Assembly: GCA_039815595.1 (NCBI GenBank)
Contig: JBCBYZ010000001.1
Span: 1-61,967, forward strand
Source of the DNA: Pseudomonadota bacterium
Lineage (GTDB): Bacteria > Pseudomonadota > Alphaproteobacteria > Rhizobiales > Rhizobiaceae
Direction of reading: 5' to 3'
DNA: 61,967 nucleotides
Made by a program: the position numbers and the translations under genes. The stretch's first letter is position 1. Every line of letters starts with the position of its first letter. Below the pieces are notes generated by a model that made no database searches, had not been told where the DNA came from, and was given only the letters and a program-made list of their open reading frames with translations. Below are positions 49,906 to 59,487 of this stretch, piece after piece.

Positions 49906-51491
49906 TACGCGTTCTCGGTGTTGAGCAGTTTGAAGGGCGTTGCCATCAAGATGTAGAAATCAAACATCACCGACCAGTTTTCGATGTAATAGAGGTCGTG
50001 CTCCACGCGGCGGCGAATTTTTTCCTCGTTGTCGACTTCACCGCGCCAGCCGTTGATCTGCGCCCAACCGGTGACGCCGGGCTTGACCTTGTGGCGGCCA
50101 AAATATCCGTCGACAACTTCGTCCCACAGTTGGTTTTCCGTGTGAGCGTTGACGGCGTGCGGGCGAGGGCCGACAAGCGACAAACGACCCTGCAACACGT
50201 TGAAGAGCTGCGGCAACTCATCGATGGACGTCTTGCGGATAAACCGTCCCACGGGTGTCACGCGCGGGTCACCTTTGGTGACGGCTTTCTTGGCGTCAAA
50301 GTCCGTTTGGTCGGAATACATGGAGCGGAATTTGAGAACCTCCACGACTTCATTGTTAAAGCCAAACCGCTTCTGGCGAAAAATCAGCGGGCCCTTGCTG
50401 TCCAGTTTAATGGCAATGGCGGCGGCAAGCATGACCGGAAACAGCGTCACTAGCGCGATGAGGCTGAACACAATGTCGAAGCCCCGTTTCATCACGGAGT
50501 CCCAGTCCGCAATGGGCTTGTCAAAGATATCGAGAAACGGCACTGCCCCAACGTAAGAGTAGGAGCGGGGGCGGAAGCGCAGCTTGTTGGTGTGAGCGGA
50601 CAGGCGGATGTCCACCGGCAGCACCCAGACCTTTTTCAACAGCGACAACACCCGGCTTTCTGCAGTGATGGGCAAAGAGACGATCAGCATATCAATGCGC
50701 GCCTGACGGCCAAACTCCACAAGTTCTTCAATCGTACCCAGCTTGGGATAGCCAGCGACCATGGGTGGAGAGCGATCGGAATTGCGGTCGTCGAAAATGC
50801 CGCAAATGCGGATGTCGTTGTCGTTTTGCAGTTCCAGCGACAGGATAAGGTCTTCAGCGTTTTTGCCGCCCCCGATGATCACAGCTCGTCGCTCTAGACG
50901 TCCATCGCGTGACCAGCGCCGCACGAGCGTTGCTACCAAGGTGCGGGCGACCACAAGGAACACCGCCCCGCTCAAAAACCAGCTTCCGTACCAGATGCGC
51001 GAAAACTCTTCCGACATGCGGGTGAAGAAGGCGAGCAGAGCAAGGAATGCGAAAACGGCAGTCCAAGCTGCAAGAACACGTCCGAGTTGCGTCACATGGG
51101 TGCGCAGGGAATTGATTTGGTATGAGTCGGTCGCCTGAAACGCGATCACGCTCAAAATACCGGCCAGAAGACAGGTCAAGAAATAGACTGCACGTACGCC
51201 GTCCAACGGCACCACATAGGCAAAATAGACGGCCAAACCGATGCCGGAGACAGCGACAAAATCGGTCAAACGCAAAACGGAGGCCAAGACAAACGGAGAG
51301 ATAGCGTTATCGGCAAACTGCGATGCGACTTCCCTGGCACGCTCGGAAAGTTGCACTGCTTGACGCTTTTGGTCGGTGTTCTTCGCGACGGACGAAGCCA
51401 TCACCGCTTTGGCGTTAAACACTTTGGAAGGGTCGAGACGATCTTGATGAGTTAGCTCAGTGGTTTGATCGGGTCTGTCTTTTGTATCCAT
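49902..51491 (-). CDS. uppE: Undecaprenyl-phosphate hexose phosphotransferase (initiating GT, WcaJ/UppE-like)
   Basis: KRGFDI, KFRSM, DPRVTPVGRFIRKTSIDELPQL, SLVGPRP, KPGVTGWAQING, DLYYIENWS. Confidence 0.92.
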   Translation of the reverse strand: MDTKDRPDQTTELTHQDRLDPSKVFNAKAVMASSVAKNTDQKRQAVQLSERAREVASQFADNAISPFVLASVLRLTDFVAVSGIGLAVYFAYVVPLDGVRAVYFLTCLLAGILSVIAFQATDSYQINSLRTHVTQLGRVLAAWTAVFAFLALLAFFTRMSEEFSRIWYGSWFLSGAVFLVVARTLVATLVRRWSRDGRLERRAVIIGGGKNAEDLILSLELQNDNDIRICGIFDDRNSDRSPPMVAGYPKLGTIEELVEFGRQARIDMLIVSLPITAESRVLSLLKKVWVLPVDIRLSAHTNKLRFRPRSYSYVGAVPFLDIFDKPIADWDSVMKRGFDIVFSLIALVTLFPVMLAAAIAIKLDSKGPLIFRQKRFGFNNEVVEVLKFRSMYSDQTDFDAKKAVTKGDPRVTPVGRFIRKTSIDELPQLFNVLQGRLSLVGPRPHAVNAHTENQLWDEVVDGYFGRHKVKPGVTGWAQINGWRGEVDNEEKIRRRVEHDLYYIENWSVMFDFYILMATPFKLLNTENAY

Positions 51492-51618
51492 GGATCGCAC
51501 TTGCAAGAAGAGGGGCGCTTGGCCGATGCCGGACGCTAAATTGCAAGGAAAATACCCTCAAAGCCGCTAAGAAACTGTTTAGAGCGTTTTGTAACGCAAG
51601 GGATCACCAAGCGGCGGT

Positions 51619-52482
51619 CTATCCCGCCAGTAGATCTGCCAAGCTCGGGTGCGGAAATTTGCGCGGAATGGTGACCGCGTAAAACGGCTCCGAGATATTC
51701 AGATCGAAGGGCGCTGTGCTCAAGTGTCCCGAGGCTATCTCATCCGCCAGCGCAACAGCGGGAGCAACCGCAAGTCCGGCACCCGTGCGGGCTAGAAGGC
51801 GAACCATGGCCATATCGTCCACGCTGGCGAGAACGCGCGGTGTGATCTCGAGCCGGGCCACGAGGCTTTCAAAGCCGGTTCGGATCGCGCTTTCAGTTGG
51901 TACGATCAGCGGTTCATTTTCCAGCAGGTCCTTGAGCGTTGGCCGGTCCAAAAACTGCATCATGCCGTGCAGACCCACTGGCTGTTCCGAGATGCGCTGG
52001 GCGGCAAATTCTGCGCCATCATCCCTTTGGGGAACTTCTGTTGTCAGCACCACATCCAGTTCCAGCGATTGCAGAGCTTTGAGCAGGGTGCCGGTGTTGC
52101 CGGATTTGAGGATTAGTTCCACCTTCTGCCCCTCGATGGCAGGGCGCAGGAAACTCATCTGGAAGTTGCGCGACAGCGTAGAGAGCGCACCCACTCGCAA
52201 AGGCGGCAGGGAAGAGCCGTTGCGCTGTAAGGTGTTGAGCAACTCCTCCCCGGCACCAAAAATACGGTTGGCATGATCCAGCGTGATGGTGCCAACCTCG
52301 GTCAACACGAGCGTGCGGCCCACCCGTTCAAACAGCGCATGTCCAAGGCTTTCTTCCAGCGTCCTGATCTGGATGGAGAGAGCGGACTGCGAGATACGCA
52401 AACGCTTGGCGGTCCGGCTCAAATTGCCTTGCAACGCGACTTCGCGAAAGTACCGCAGATGATGGTAATTCAGCGTGTTCAT
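51619..52482 (-). CDS. LysR-family transcriptional regulator (NhaR-like)
   Basis: LNYHHLRYF, SQSALSIQI..LE, LFERVGR, LRVGALSTLSRNFQ, VDDMAMVRLLAR. Confidence 0.92.
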   Translation of the reverse strand: MNTLNYHHLRYFREVALQGNLSRTAKRLRISQSALSIQIRTLEESLGHALFERVGRTLVLTEVGTITLDHANRIFGAGEELLNTLQRNGSSLPPLRVGALSTLSRNFQMSFLRPAIEGQKVELILKSGNTGTLLKALQSLELDVVLTTEVPQRDDGAEFAAQRISEQPVGLHGMMQFLDRPTLKDLLENEPLIVPTESAIRTGFESLVARLEITPRVLASVDDMAMVRLLARTGAGLAVAPAVALADEIASGHLSTAPFDLNISEPFYAVTIPRKFPHPSLADLLAG

Positions 52483-52666
52483 ACATTGATGAAATAGAAC
52501 ATTATGTGCGAAATGAAACGGTTTTCTGTACGCAGACATACCAGATATTTGCTAGGGCAGACGGGCGTCAGTGTCGCAATAAACCTTGAAACCGCCGAAG
52601 CTACGCCTTGGCAGACTAATCGATTTATGTCTTGTTCGGCACTTAATATTAGCCGGATCAAAGCCC

Positions 52667-55087
52667 ATGAAAACCCACACTCAAACCGTTGTCATTGGCG
52701 GTGGCATTGCCGGTTGTTCCACCCTCTATCACCTCACCCAAGAGGGCATCACCGATTGCGTTATGGTGGAGCGTGATGAACTCACCTCAGGAACCACATG
52801 GCACTCTGCAGCGCAGGTAACGAACTTTGGTGGCAATCAAACCATGGTTGGCCTCAAGACCCATTCCATCAAACTTTATAAAGAGTTGGCCGAGGATCCT
52901 GACTACCCGATCAACTATCACCACGCGACGGGTGGGCTTCGCCTCGCCTCAACCCAAGACCATATGGACGGATATTATCACTTTCAGTCTATGGCAAAGG
53001 GCATGGGGGTAGAATTCGAAGTTCTGGATCCTGAAGAGTGCAAGCGCCGTCATCCGTTGATCTCAACGGACAACTTGCTCGGTGCGTTGTGGGACCCCCT
53101 GGACGGAGACATTGACCCTGCACAATTGTGCCAAGCGCTGGCGCGACGCGCCCGCAAGGCCGGTGCGGAAGTCTACCGCTTTACGGATGTCACCAACCTG
53201 ACAGAGAACCCCGACGGCACGTGGATCGTCCACACCAACAAGGGCGACATCGCTTGCGAGAGCATCGTAAACGCGGGTGGATATCGGTGCAATGAGATCG
53301 GCGCGATGATGGGCGTGGAGCTAGCCGTTGCATCGATGGAACACCAATACATGATTACGGAATCGATCCCGGTGATCGAAGCCTTGGGGGATGATTTCCG
53401 TGCCCCGTTGATCCGCTGCCCGACCACGGACTTCTATCAACGTGCTGAGAAAAAAGGCCTGTTGATCGGCTTTTACGAGCAGGACTGTAAGACATGGGGA
53501 TTGGACGGGATCGACCCAAGTTTCACCATGGCACTTTGCCCCGACGATCTCGATCGTGTTGTGGACGTCATGGAAGGCGCGTTTCACCGGCTCCCATGCC
53601 TGGAAACGGCGGGTATCAAATCCATCATCAATGGCCCCATCACTTACACACCGGACGGCCTGCCACTGGTGGGTAAGATACCTGGCAAACGAAACGCCTA
53701 TTGCATAACCGGCCTGCGAGCCGGCCTTGGAGAGGGGGGCGGCCACGGCTGGCTGCTGGCGCAAATCATCGCCCGCGGTGAGGCGTGTTACGACACGTGG
53801 TCTCTCGATCCGCGCCGTTTCACCCGTTACGCCAATCAGGAATACACCGCACTCAAGGCCATTGAAGACTACCAAAACGAATTCCGCTTCCACATGCCCC
53901 ACGAGCATCGCCCGGCTGGCAGGCCAATGAAGACAACGCCCTTGACGGATACACTAGCCGGTCTCGGCGCTGAATTTGGCACGGTGAACGGTTGGGAGCG
54001 GGCGCTGTATTACAAGCCATCGGCGGAATTCGTTGAAAAACACTCCTTCCGCTTCAACAACACTTTTGACATCGTCGCGGCTGAGGTGGCGAATGTGCAG
54101 TCCAATGTAGGGATCATGGAAGTCTCCGGATTCAACCGCTACGAAATTACCGGAACAGGTGTGCATGACTGGCTGGACGGCGTCATGTGCAGCCGTGTAC
54201 CGCGCAAGGCGGGGAAGGTTGGTCTGACCTATTTCCTCAACCATGATGGCAACGTGAAGGGCGAGGCCACCTTGGCAAATCTCGACGCTGACCGTGTCTG
54301 GTACGGGTCGGCTGCGGCAGCGGAGTTCCACGACATGGATTGGCTCCGCGAGCACCTGCCTGCAGGTAGCGACATCGCGATTGAAAGTCTGACGAATACG
54401 CACACGATTTTGGTGGTTGCTGGCCCCAATTCGCGAGCCGTCCTACAAAGCGCAGCCCCGCGCACAGAGTGGTCCGCCACCGCTTTCCCCTGGCTGTCTT
54501 GTCAAAAAGTGTTCATCGGAAACGCGGAAGCCGTTGCTATGGCGGTGTCATTTTCCGGAGAACTGGCTTGGGAACTGCATGTCCCCAACGAACAGGTGAA
54601 ACTGGCGTATCGGCGTCTTTCCGAAGCGGGCGAGCCTTTTGGCATGAAGCCGTTTGGCTCCCACGCGACCGAGAGCATGCGTTTGGAAAAAGGCTATCGC
54701 CACTGGAAGGCGGATTTGATAACCGAGTTCAATCCGCTGGAATCCGGATTGGACCGGTTTATCCGCATGGAAAAAGACTTCGTTGGCAAGGCTGGTTTAG
54801 AAGCGATGACGGCTAACGGACCGCGCCAAAAGTTCATTTCGCTGACACTGGAAAGCGAAAATGCTCCGGCGCATCCGGGCGATTCCATCGTTCAAGATGG
54901 AAAGGTGGTCGGCACAGTATCTTCCGCAGACTGGGGTCACCGTATCGGCCAAAACATCGCACTTGGTTTCATAAAGGCCGATGCATCGGAAGCCGGTCTG
55001 GGCGTTCAGGTGTTGAACACCGTCATTCCGGCCAAGGTGGATGCGATGTGTCGCTATGATCCTGAAAACACGCTGGTGCGTGGCTAA
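52667..55087 (+). CDS. GcvT-family FAD-dependent oxidoreductase (dimethylglycine/sarcosine dehydrogenase-like)
   Basis: VIGGGIAG, LTSGTTWHSA, GPITYTPDG.PL.G, SFSGELAWELH, SMRLEKGY. Confidence 0.93.
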   Translation: MKTHTQTVVIGGGIAGCSTLYHLTQEGITDCVMVERDELTSGTTWHSAAQVTNFGGNQTMVGLKTHSIKLYKELAEDPDYPINYHHATGGLRLASTQDHMDGYYHFQSMAKGMGVEFEVLDPEECKRRHPLISTDNLLGALWDPLDGDIDPAQLCQALARRARKAGAEVYRFTDVTNLTENPDGTWIVHTNKGDIACESIVNAGGYRCNEIGAMMGVELAVASMEHQYMITESIPVIEALGDDFRAPLIRCPTTDFYQRAEKKGLLIGFYEQDCKTWGLDGIDPSFTMALCPDDLDRVVDVMEGAFHRLPCLETAGIKSIINGPITYTPDGLPLVGKIPGKRNAYCITGLRAGLGEGGGHGWLLAQIIARGEACYDTWSLDPRRFTRYANQEYTALKAIEDYQNEFRFHMPHEHRPAGRPMKTTPLTDTLAGLGAEFGTVNGWERALYYKPSAEFVEKHSFRFNNTFDIVAAEVANVQSNVGIMEVSGFNRYEITGTGVHDWLDGVMCSRVPRKAGKVGLTYFLNHDGNVKGEATLANLDADRVWYGSAAAAEFHDMDWLREHLPAGSDIAIESLTNTHTILVVAGPNSRAVLQSAAPRTEWSATAFPWLSCQKVFIGNAEAVAMAVSFSGELAWELHVPNEQVKLAYRRLSEAGEPFGMKPFGSHATESMRLEKGYRHWKADLITEFNPLESGLDRFIRMEKDFVGKAGLEAMTANGPRQKFISLTLESENAPAHPGDSIVQDGKVVGTVSSADWGHRIGQNIALGFIKADASEAGLGVQVLNTVIPAKVDAMCRYDPENTLVRG

Positions 55088-55121
55088 GCTATTCTCCCAT
55101 CAAATAGGAAAGTCAGCGCGG

Positions 55122-56318
55122 TCAGGCTTCGCGGCGCACTTGGCGGCGCTCGGTCACAACCATAGGGTCCGGGCGGCCCATGGCGGCTTGATAGGCCGAC
55201 ATGACATCGCGCGACATTACCAGGGACGAGTAGTTTTCATTGATGCGTCGCTTCAAGGTTTCGGAATTTGGTAAATCCTGCCGCCCCGTGATCCGTTCAG
55301 CCATCGCATCGGCCAATGAGGCGCTGCTATCCGGTTCGACCAATGTGTCGGCCATCGGTCCGTAAATTTCCGGTATTCCGCCAACGCGCGTTGCGATGAG
55401 CGGCACGGATGCGGCGAGAGCTTCCAGCACAATATACGGCATGCTTTCAGCCCGGGAGGGCACAACCAGCGCCTTGCCAAGCGCAAACGCTTCACGGGCG
55501 GGCATGGGTTCGTAGAAGGTGATCGACACCGCGCCATTGGATTGGGCCATGAGATCGTCGGCCATGATACGATAGCGGTCGCGATCTGGGCCATCCCCCA
55601 CCAGCACGGCTCGCACGGGAGCATTCGTTTTTTCAACTACCTGGGGCAGGGCGTTGAGAAACAGATCAACACCTTTTAGATCACGCATCATCCCCACATA
55701 GAGAAGATCGGCGGCATCGGGATCGGGTTTTACGGGTTCAAATTCTTCCGGGCGCAAGCCGTTGCGCACCAGGCTGCTAGGGCAATGGGCTTTGCCAACT
55801 TTCGCGTTGTAGGCGTCTAATTCGTATTGGCTCACAAAGACCAGTCGATCGGTGAACCGCTCCATCACCCGCTCCAAGCCGAAATATACCTTGGCGGACA
55901 GTTTGGATGGATCGAAATGTACCGAGCCGCCATGGGGGCAGTAGAGCCGTGCAGTCCGGTGCCCGAACAAGCGTAGGATTGAGCCAATAATCCGCGCATA
56001 GGCTCCGCCTTTTGCGCCGTGGGCATGGAGAATGTCGGGCTGGGCGGCGCTGACTGCGCGGTACAGTCTCCAAGCCACAAGCGCGTCGCCCGGCGTGATC
56101 GAACGGCTCATTTCGCTGCGGTGCAATCCAAGCGCGAGTTTATGCTCCAACTGCGCAAACAGAGCCTCTTCAAAAGCACCACCGGTGTTGTTGTCGCAAA
56201 TCACGCCAACTTGGTGGCCCGCCGCGACCTGTTCATCAATCAGATCGCGAACGTGCCGAAAGATGCCGCCAACCGGCGAACGGAAGCAGTGAATGATCTT
56301 CAAAGAAGCTTTCGTCAT
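55122..56318 (-). CDS. uppD: Glycosyltransferase family 4, UppD-like
   Basis: GGIFRHV, HAHGAKGG, KGVDLF, PSRAESMPYIVLEA, RVGGIPE. Confidence 0.88.
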   Translation of the reverse strand: MTKASLKIIHCFRSPVGGIFRHVRDLIDEQVAAGHQVGVICDNNTGGAFEEALFAQLEHKLALGLHRSEMSRSITPGDALVAWRLYRAVSAAQPDILHAHGAKGGAYARIIGSILRLFGHRTARLYCPHGGSVHFDPSKLSAKVYFGLERVMERFTDRLVFVSQYELDAYNAKVGKAHCPSSLVRNGLRPEEFEPVKPDPDAADLLYVGMMRDLKGVDLFLNALPQVVEKTNAPVRAVLVGDGPDRDRYRIMADDLMAQSNGAVSITFYEPMPAREAFALGKALVVPSRAESMPYIVLEALAASVPLIATRVGGIPEIYGPMADTLVEPDSSASLADAMAERITGRQDLPNSETLKRRINENYSSLVMSRDVMSAYQAAMGRPDPMVVTERRQVRREA

Positions 56319-56366
56319 TGCGCGTCAGCATCCCAAACTTCGACGGCCCGGAGGCGTGGTTTGGGA

Positions 56367-56942
56367 TTAAAATAAACGCTCGCGTATGAAGATTGTGTCA
56401 CCGGGCACGATTGGGTCCGTCACAGGGACCCGACCTGTCAGCACCTTGCCATTGATTTGGCGGGTAATATCAACGCTGGATTGATCGGCGCGAGCAGAAA
56501 ACCCGCCGGAAATCGCAATCGCATTTTGCACCGTCATACCCGGGACGTAAGTGTACTGCCCGGCGGTTCCGACTTCGCCCATGATGAAGAACGGGCGGTA
56601 ACGGTCCACCTCCACAGAAACATCGGGCGAACGAATGAAGCCCTTGGCCAGTTTGGCCGCGATCTGGCCTTCGACCTCTTTGATGGTTTGACCCCGTGCG
56701 GCCACCGAACCGACTAGTGGGAAGGCGATATAGCCTGCTTTATCAATCACATAGGTGTTGGTGAGATCAGTTTGTTCAAAGACGGTCACGCGCACACGGT
56801 CACCAGCATCGAGCCGGTAAGGCGCCTGCAATATATCGTGGAAAGCGGGTGGGGGCGGGGTGTAGCGCGTGGCGCAGCCACTCAGCGCAGAAACAGCCAC
56901 CAATGCAGTCAGGCTTGATACAAGAAACGAGCGCCGAACCAT
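56367..56942 (-). CDS. uppC: Polysaccharide export outer-membrane lipoprotein (Wza/OPX), UppC-like
   Basis: Lipobox LSGC, YRLDAGDRVRV.VF, PLVG, GEV...G.Y, PGDTI. Confidence 0.9.
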   Translation of the reverse strand: MVRRSFLVSSLTALVAVSALSGCATRYTPPPPAFHDILQAPYRLDAGDRVRVTVFEQTDLTNTYVIDKAGYIAFPLVGSVAARGQTIKEVEGQIAAKLAKGFIRSPDVSVEVDRYRPFFIMGEVGTAGQYTYVPGMTVQNAIAISGGFSARADQSSVDITRQINGKVLTGRVPVTDPIVPGDTIFIRERLF

Positions 56943-57041
56943 TTTACTACCCTTAACACTACTCAAGGCTTTGAAACGCAAAGCCGGAACTGGCTGTCGG
57001 GCGCAAAACATCGCTCGGCAGTGAGGTGATAAAAACGAACT

Positions 57042-57060
57042 ATGGTTAATTCGCCGTAAA
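57042..57060 (-). promoter_or_regulatory. CtrA-like box in the divergent uppC/uppB promoter region
   Basis: Minus strand reads TTTA-N7-TTAACCAT. Confidence 0.55.
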
Positions 57061-57210
57061 TGGCGGTTCTCAGCAGCCAATTTCTTGGCGGGAAACCCCG
57101 CACAAAGCGTCATGCGGCATGCTTAAGAGTGAAGCAGGATTAACCGCTTGGTTACCATAAACCCTGAAAGTGCCCCCAATCCTTTTGTTTTACATGTCTG
57201 TGCGAGCGTT

Positions 57211-59412
57211 ATGGCCGGGGAACACGAACTCACCCGCGATGTTGATGTTGACCTGGGCGGCATTTTTGCCGGCATCTGGCGCAATAAAGGCCGCATCCTG
57301 ATTGCGAGCCTCATCGTAACATTGCTTACCTTCTTTCTTTTGCAGGTGATCTCGCCGCGGTATCGGTCTGAAGCCCGCATATTGATCCGCACGGGTGATC
57401 CGGTTTTGACCGGGCCGACAAATGGCCAGCAGGCGGTGCAAAACGATCTCGATGATTCCGGTATCGCGAGCCAAGTGCAGTTGCTTCAGTCGCGCACGAT
57501 CGCGCGCAAGGTAATCGAAAACCTGAAACTCAAGGAAAAGAGCGAGTTTGATCCGTCTCGCAATCGCTCACCCGTGCAAACCGTCTTGGCCTTGGTAGGC
57601 CTATCGGATGATCCAAGCGGGGTCACAGCAGAAGACCGCGTTCTGGAGACATATTACAAGCGCCTGAAGGTGTTTCAGGCGGAACGCTCGCGCGTCATCG
57701 TTGTTCAGTTTTGGTCCAAGGACCCCAAACTGGCGGCTTCCATTCCCAATGCGATCTCTCAGGAATACCTTTCACTTCAAGAAGAGCTTAAGCGCGGCGC
57801 AGCCCCGAACGAGCTGAAGGCCCTGGAACCCGAGCTTGAAGAGTTGCGCAAAAAAGTGGTGCAGGCGGAAGCTGCTGTAGCGGATTTCCGTTCGTCTTCG
57901 GATTTGCTTGCCGGGCGCAACAACGAATCTCTCGCGACCCAGGAACTCAGCGAACTGTCGACAGAATTGGGGCGCGTGCGTGCGCAACTTTCCCGCGCAG
58001 AGGCCAATGCCGCCGCCGTTCGTCGAGCGCTGAATTCCGGTTCTTTGGACACAGCATCGTCCGTCCTGCAGTCGCCGCTGATCCAGCGCTTGCGCGAACG
58101 GCAGGTGACTTTGAATTCTGAGTTGGCCGAAATTTCAACGACGCTTCTGCCGGGCCATCCGCGCGTGCAGCGCTTGCGCTCGCAGCTTTCGACGCTCACC
58201 CGCCAATTGAACACCGAAGCTCGCAAAATCCAAAGCAGCCTGCAGGAAGAGGCCAGTGTGGCCCGTAGCCGCGAGCAGGACCTCGTGCAGCGCCGCAATC
58301 AATTGAAATCCGAAGCGGGTCGTGTTGGACGGGCGCAGGTGGAACTGCGGTCTTTGGAGCGCGAGGCTGATGCGCAGCGTCAGTTGCTCAACAGCTATCT
58401 TGTGCGCTTCAAAGAGGCCACGTCGCGCCAAAACCGCGAGTTCTTGCCCGCAGACGCCTATGTGTTTTCGGAAGCTAAGCCGCAGTCCAAACCCTATTTT
58501 CCCAAGAAATTGCCCATGCTCGCCGGCGCGTTTTTCGGCACCATGTTGTTGGGGTCTATGATTGCTCTTGCAGCATCCATGTTTACCGGTGTGAACGCCC
58601 AGGCAGCCGGACATAATCGGATGGCGCATCAACGCATGGACGATGATGACGCTTATGCTATCGCAGACGTGCCCAACGCAAACCGCGCAGGCCGTGCAGC
58701 TGCAGCCGCTATGCACCTGTCCCAATCGGGCGATGGGCGTTTTGCCAATGTCGAGGCATCAGCCGCTCAAGACGCTCCGCCGTTGGCGCCATCTATGCGC
58801 GATGTCACCAATCCTGTCAGTTGGGCCGCGGGCGTGGTCACTGCCGACGGTGCCGCTCAGACTTTGGCCCTTTCGGGGTCTGGACGCATCGTGGTGATGA
58901 GCCTTGATCCGGATGCAAATACCGGTTTGGCCCTCGCTATTGGTCGAAAACTGTCCCGTCGTGCGCCCAAAACGCTCTTTGTAGACATGACGGGCCGGGG
59001 TTTGCCGACGATTGCCATGTTTGGCGACAAAACCAATTTGGGTGTGAAGGACGTTCTGTCCGGCGGCGCAAAACTGGCCGAAGCGATCCACCGCGACCCA
59101 CATTCTGCAATGCATGTTGTGCCATGCGGGCGCGTTTCGACAGCCATGGGGCAGGGGGCAAGCGAAGGTTTGGCCACCACTTTGAGTGCCTTGACGCAGG
59201 CATATGACTTCGTCGTCATTGACTGCGGCGCAACCGCCATGCGCGGACTGAACAAAGTCTGCGATCCGTCCACCTCAATTCTGGTGGATGTGCCAAACCC
59301 CAATGATCCGTCCTTGACCCTTACCAAAGATACGCTCATCCACGCCGGTTTCCGCGCGCCTATCATGGTGCATTACGACCAGCAGGAGCAGCAGGCTCGC
59401 CAGACCGCATAA
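57211..59412 (+). CDS. uppB: Polysaccharide co-polymerase (Wzc/GumC-like), UppB-like
   Basis: DVDL, TM1, PRYRSEARI, long coiled coil, HPRV, P.FP plus TM2, degenerate P-loop C-terminal domain. Confidence 0.88.
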   Translation: MAGEHELTRDVDVDLGGIFAGIWRNKGRILIASLIVTLLTFFLLQVISPRYRSEARILIRTGDPVLTGPTNGQQAVQNDLDDSGIASQVQLLQSRTIARKVIENLKLKEKSEFDPSRNRSPVQTVLALVGLSDDPSGVTAEDRVLETYYKRLKVFQAERSRVIVVQFWSKDPKLAASIPNAISQEYLSLQEELKRGAAPNELKALEPELEELRKKVVQAEAAVADFRSSSDLLAGRNNESLATQELSELSTELGRVRAQLSRAEANAAAVRRALNSGSLDTASSVLQSPLIQRLRERQVTLNSELAEISTTLLPGHPRVQRLRSQLSTLTRQLNTEARKIQSSLQEEASVARSREQDLVQRRNQLKSEAGRVGRAQVELRSLEREADAQRQLLNSYLVRFKEATSRQNREFLPADAYVFSEAKPQSKPYFPKKLPMLAGAFFGTMLLGSMIALAASMFTGVNAQAAGHNRMAHQRMDDDDAYAIADVPNANRAGRAAAAAMHLSQSGDGRFANVEASAAQDAPPLAPSMRDVTNPVSWAAGVVTADGAAQTLALSGSGRIVVMSLDPDANTGLALAIGRKLSRRAPKTLFVDMTGRGLPTIAMFGDKTNLGVKDVLSGGAKLAEAIHRDPHSAMHVVPCGRVSTAMGQGASEGLATTLSALTQAYDFVVIDCGATAMRGLNKVCDPSTSILVDVPNPNDPSLTLTKDTLIHAGFRAPIMVHYDQQEQQARQTA

Positions 59413-59487
59413 AGCCTGAAAACAAAGGTGCGAAATTACTCTTCGGGTGGTCTGCGCTAGCGTTTTGTAATTTGAACTCTGGCGGTT

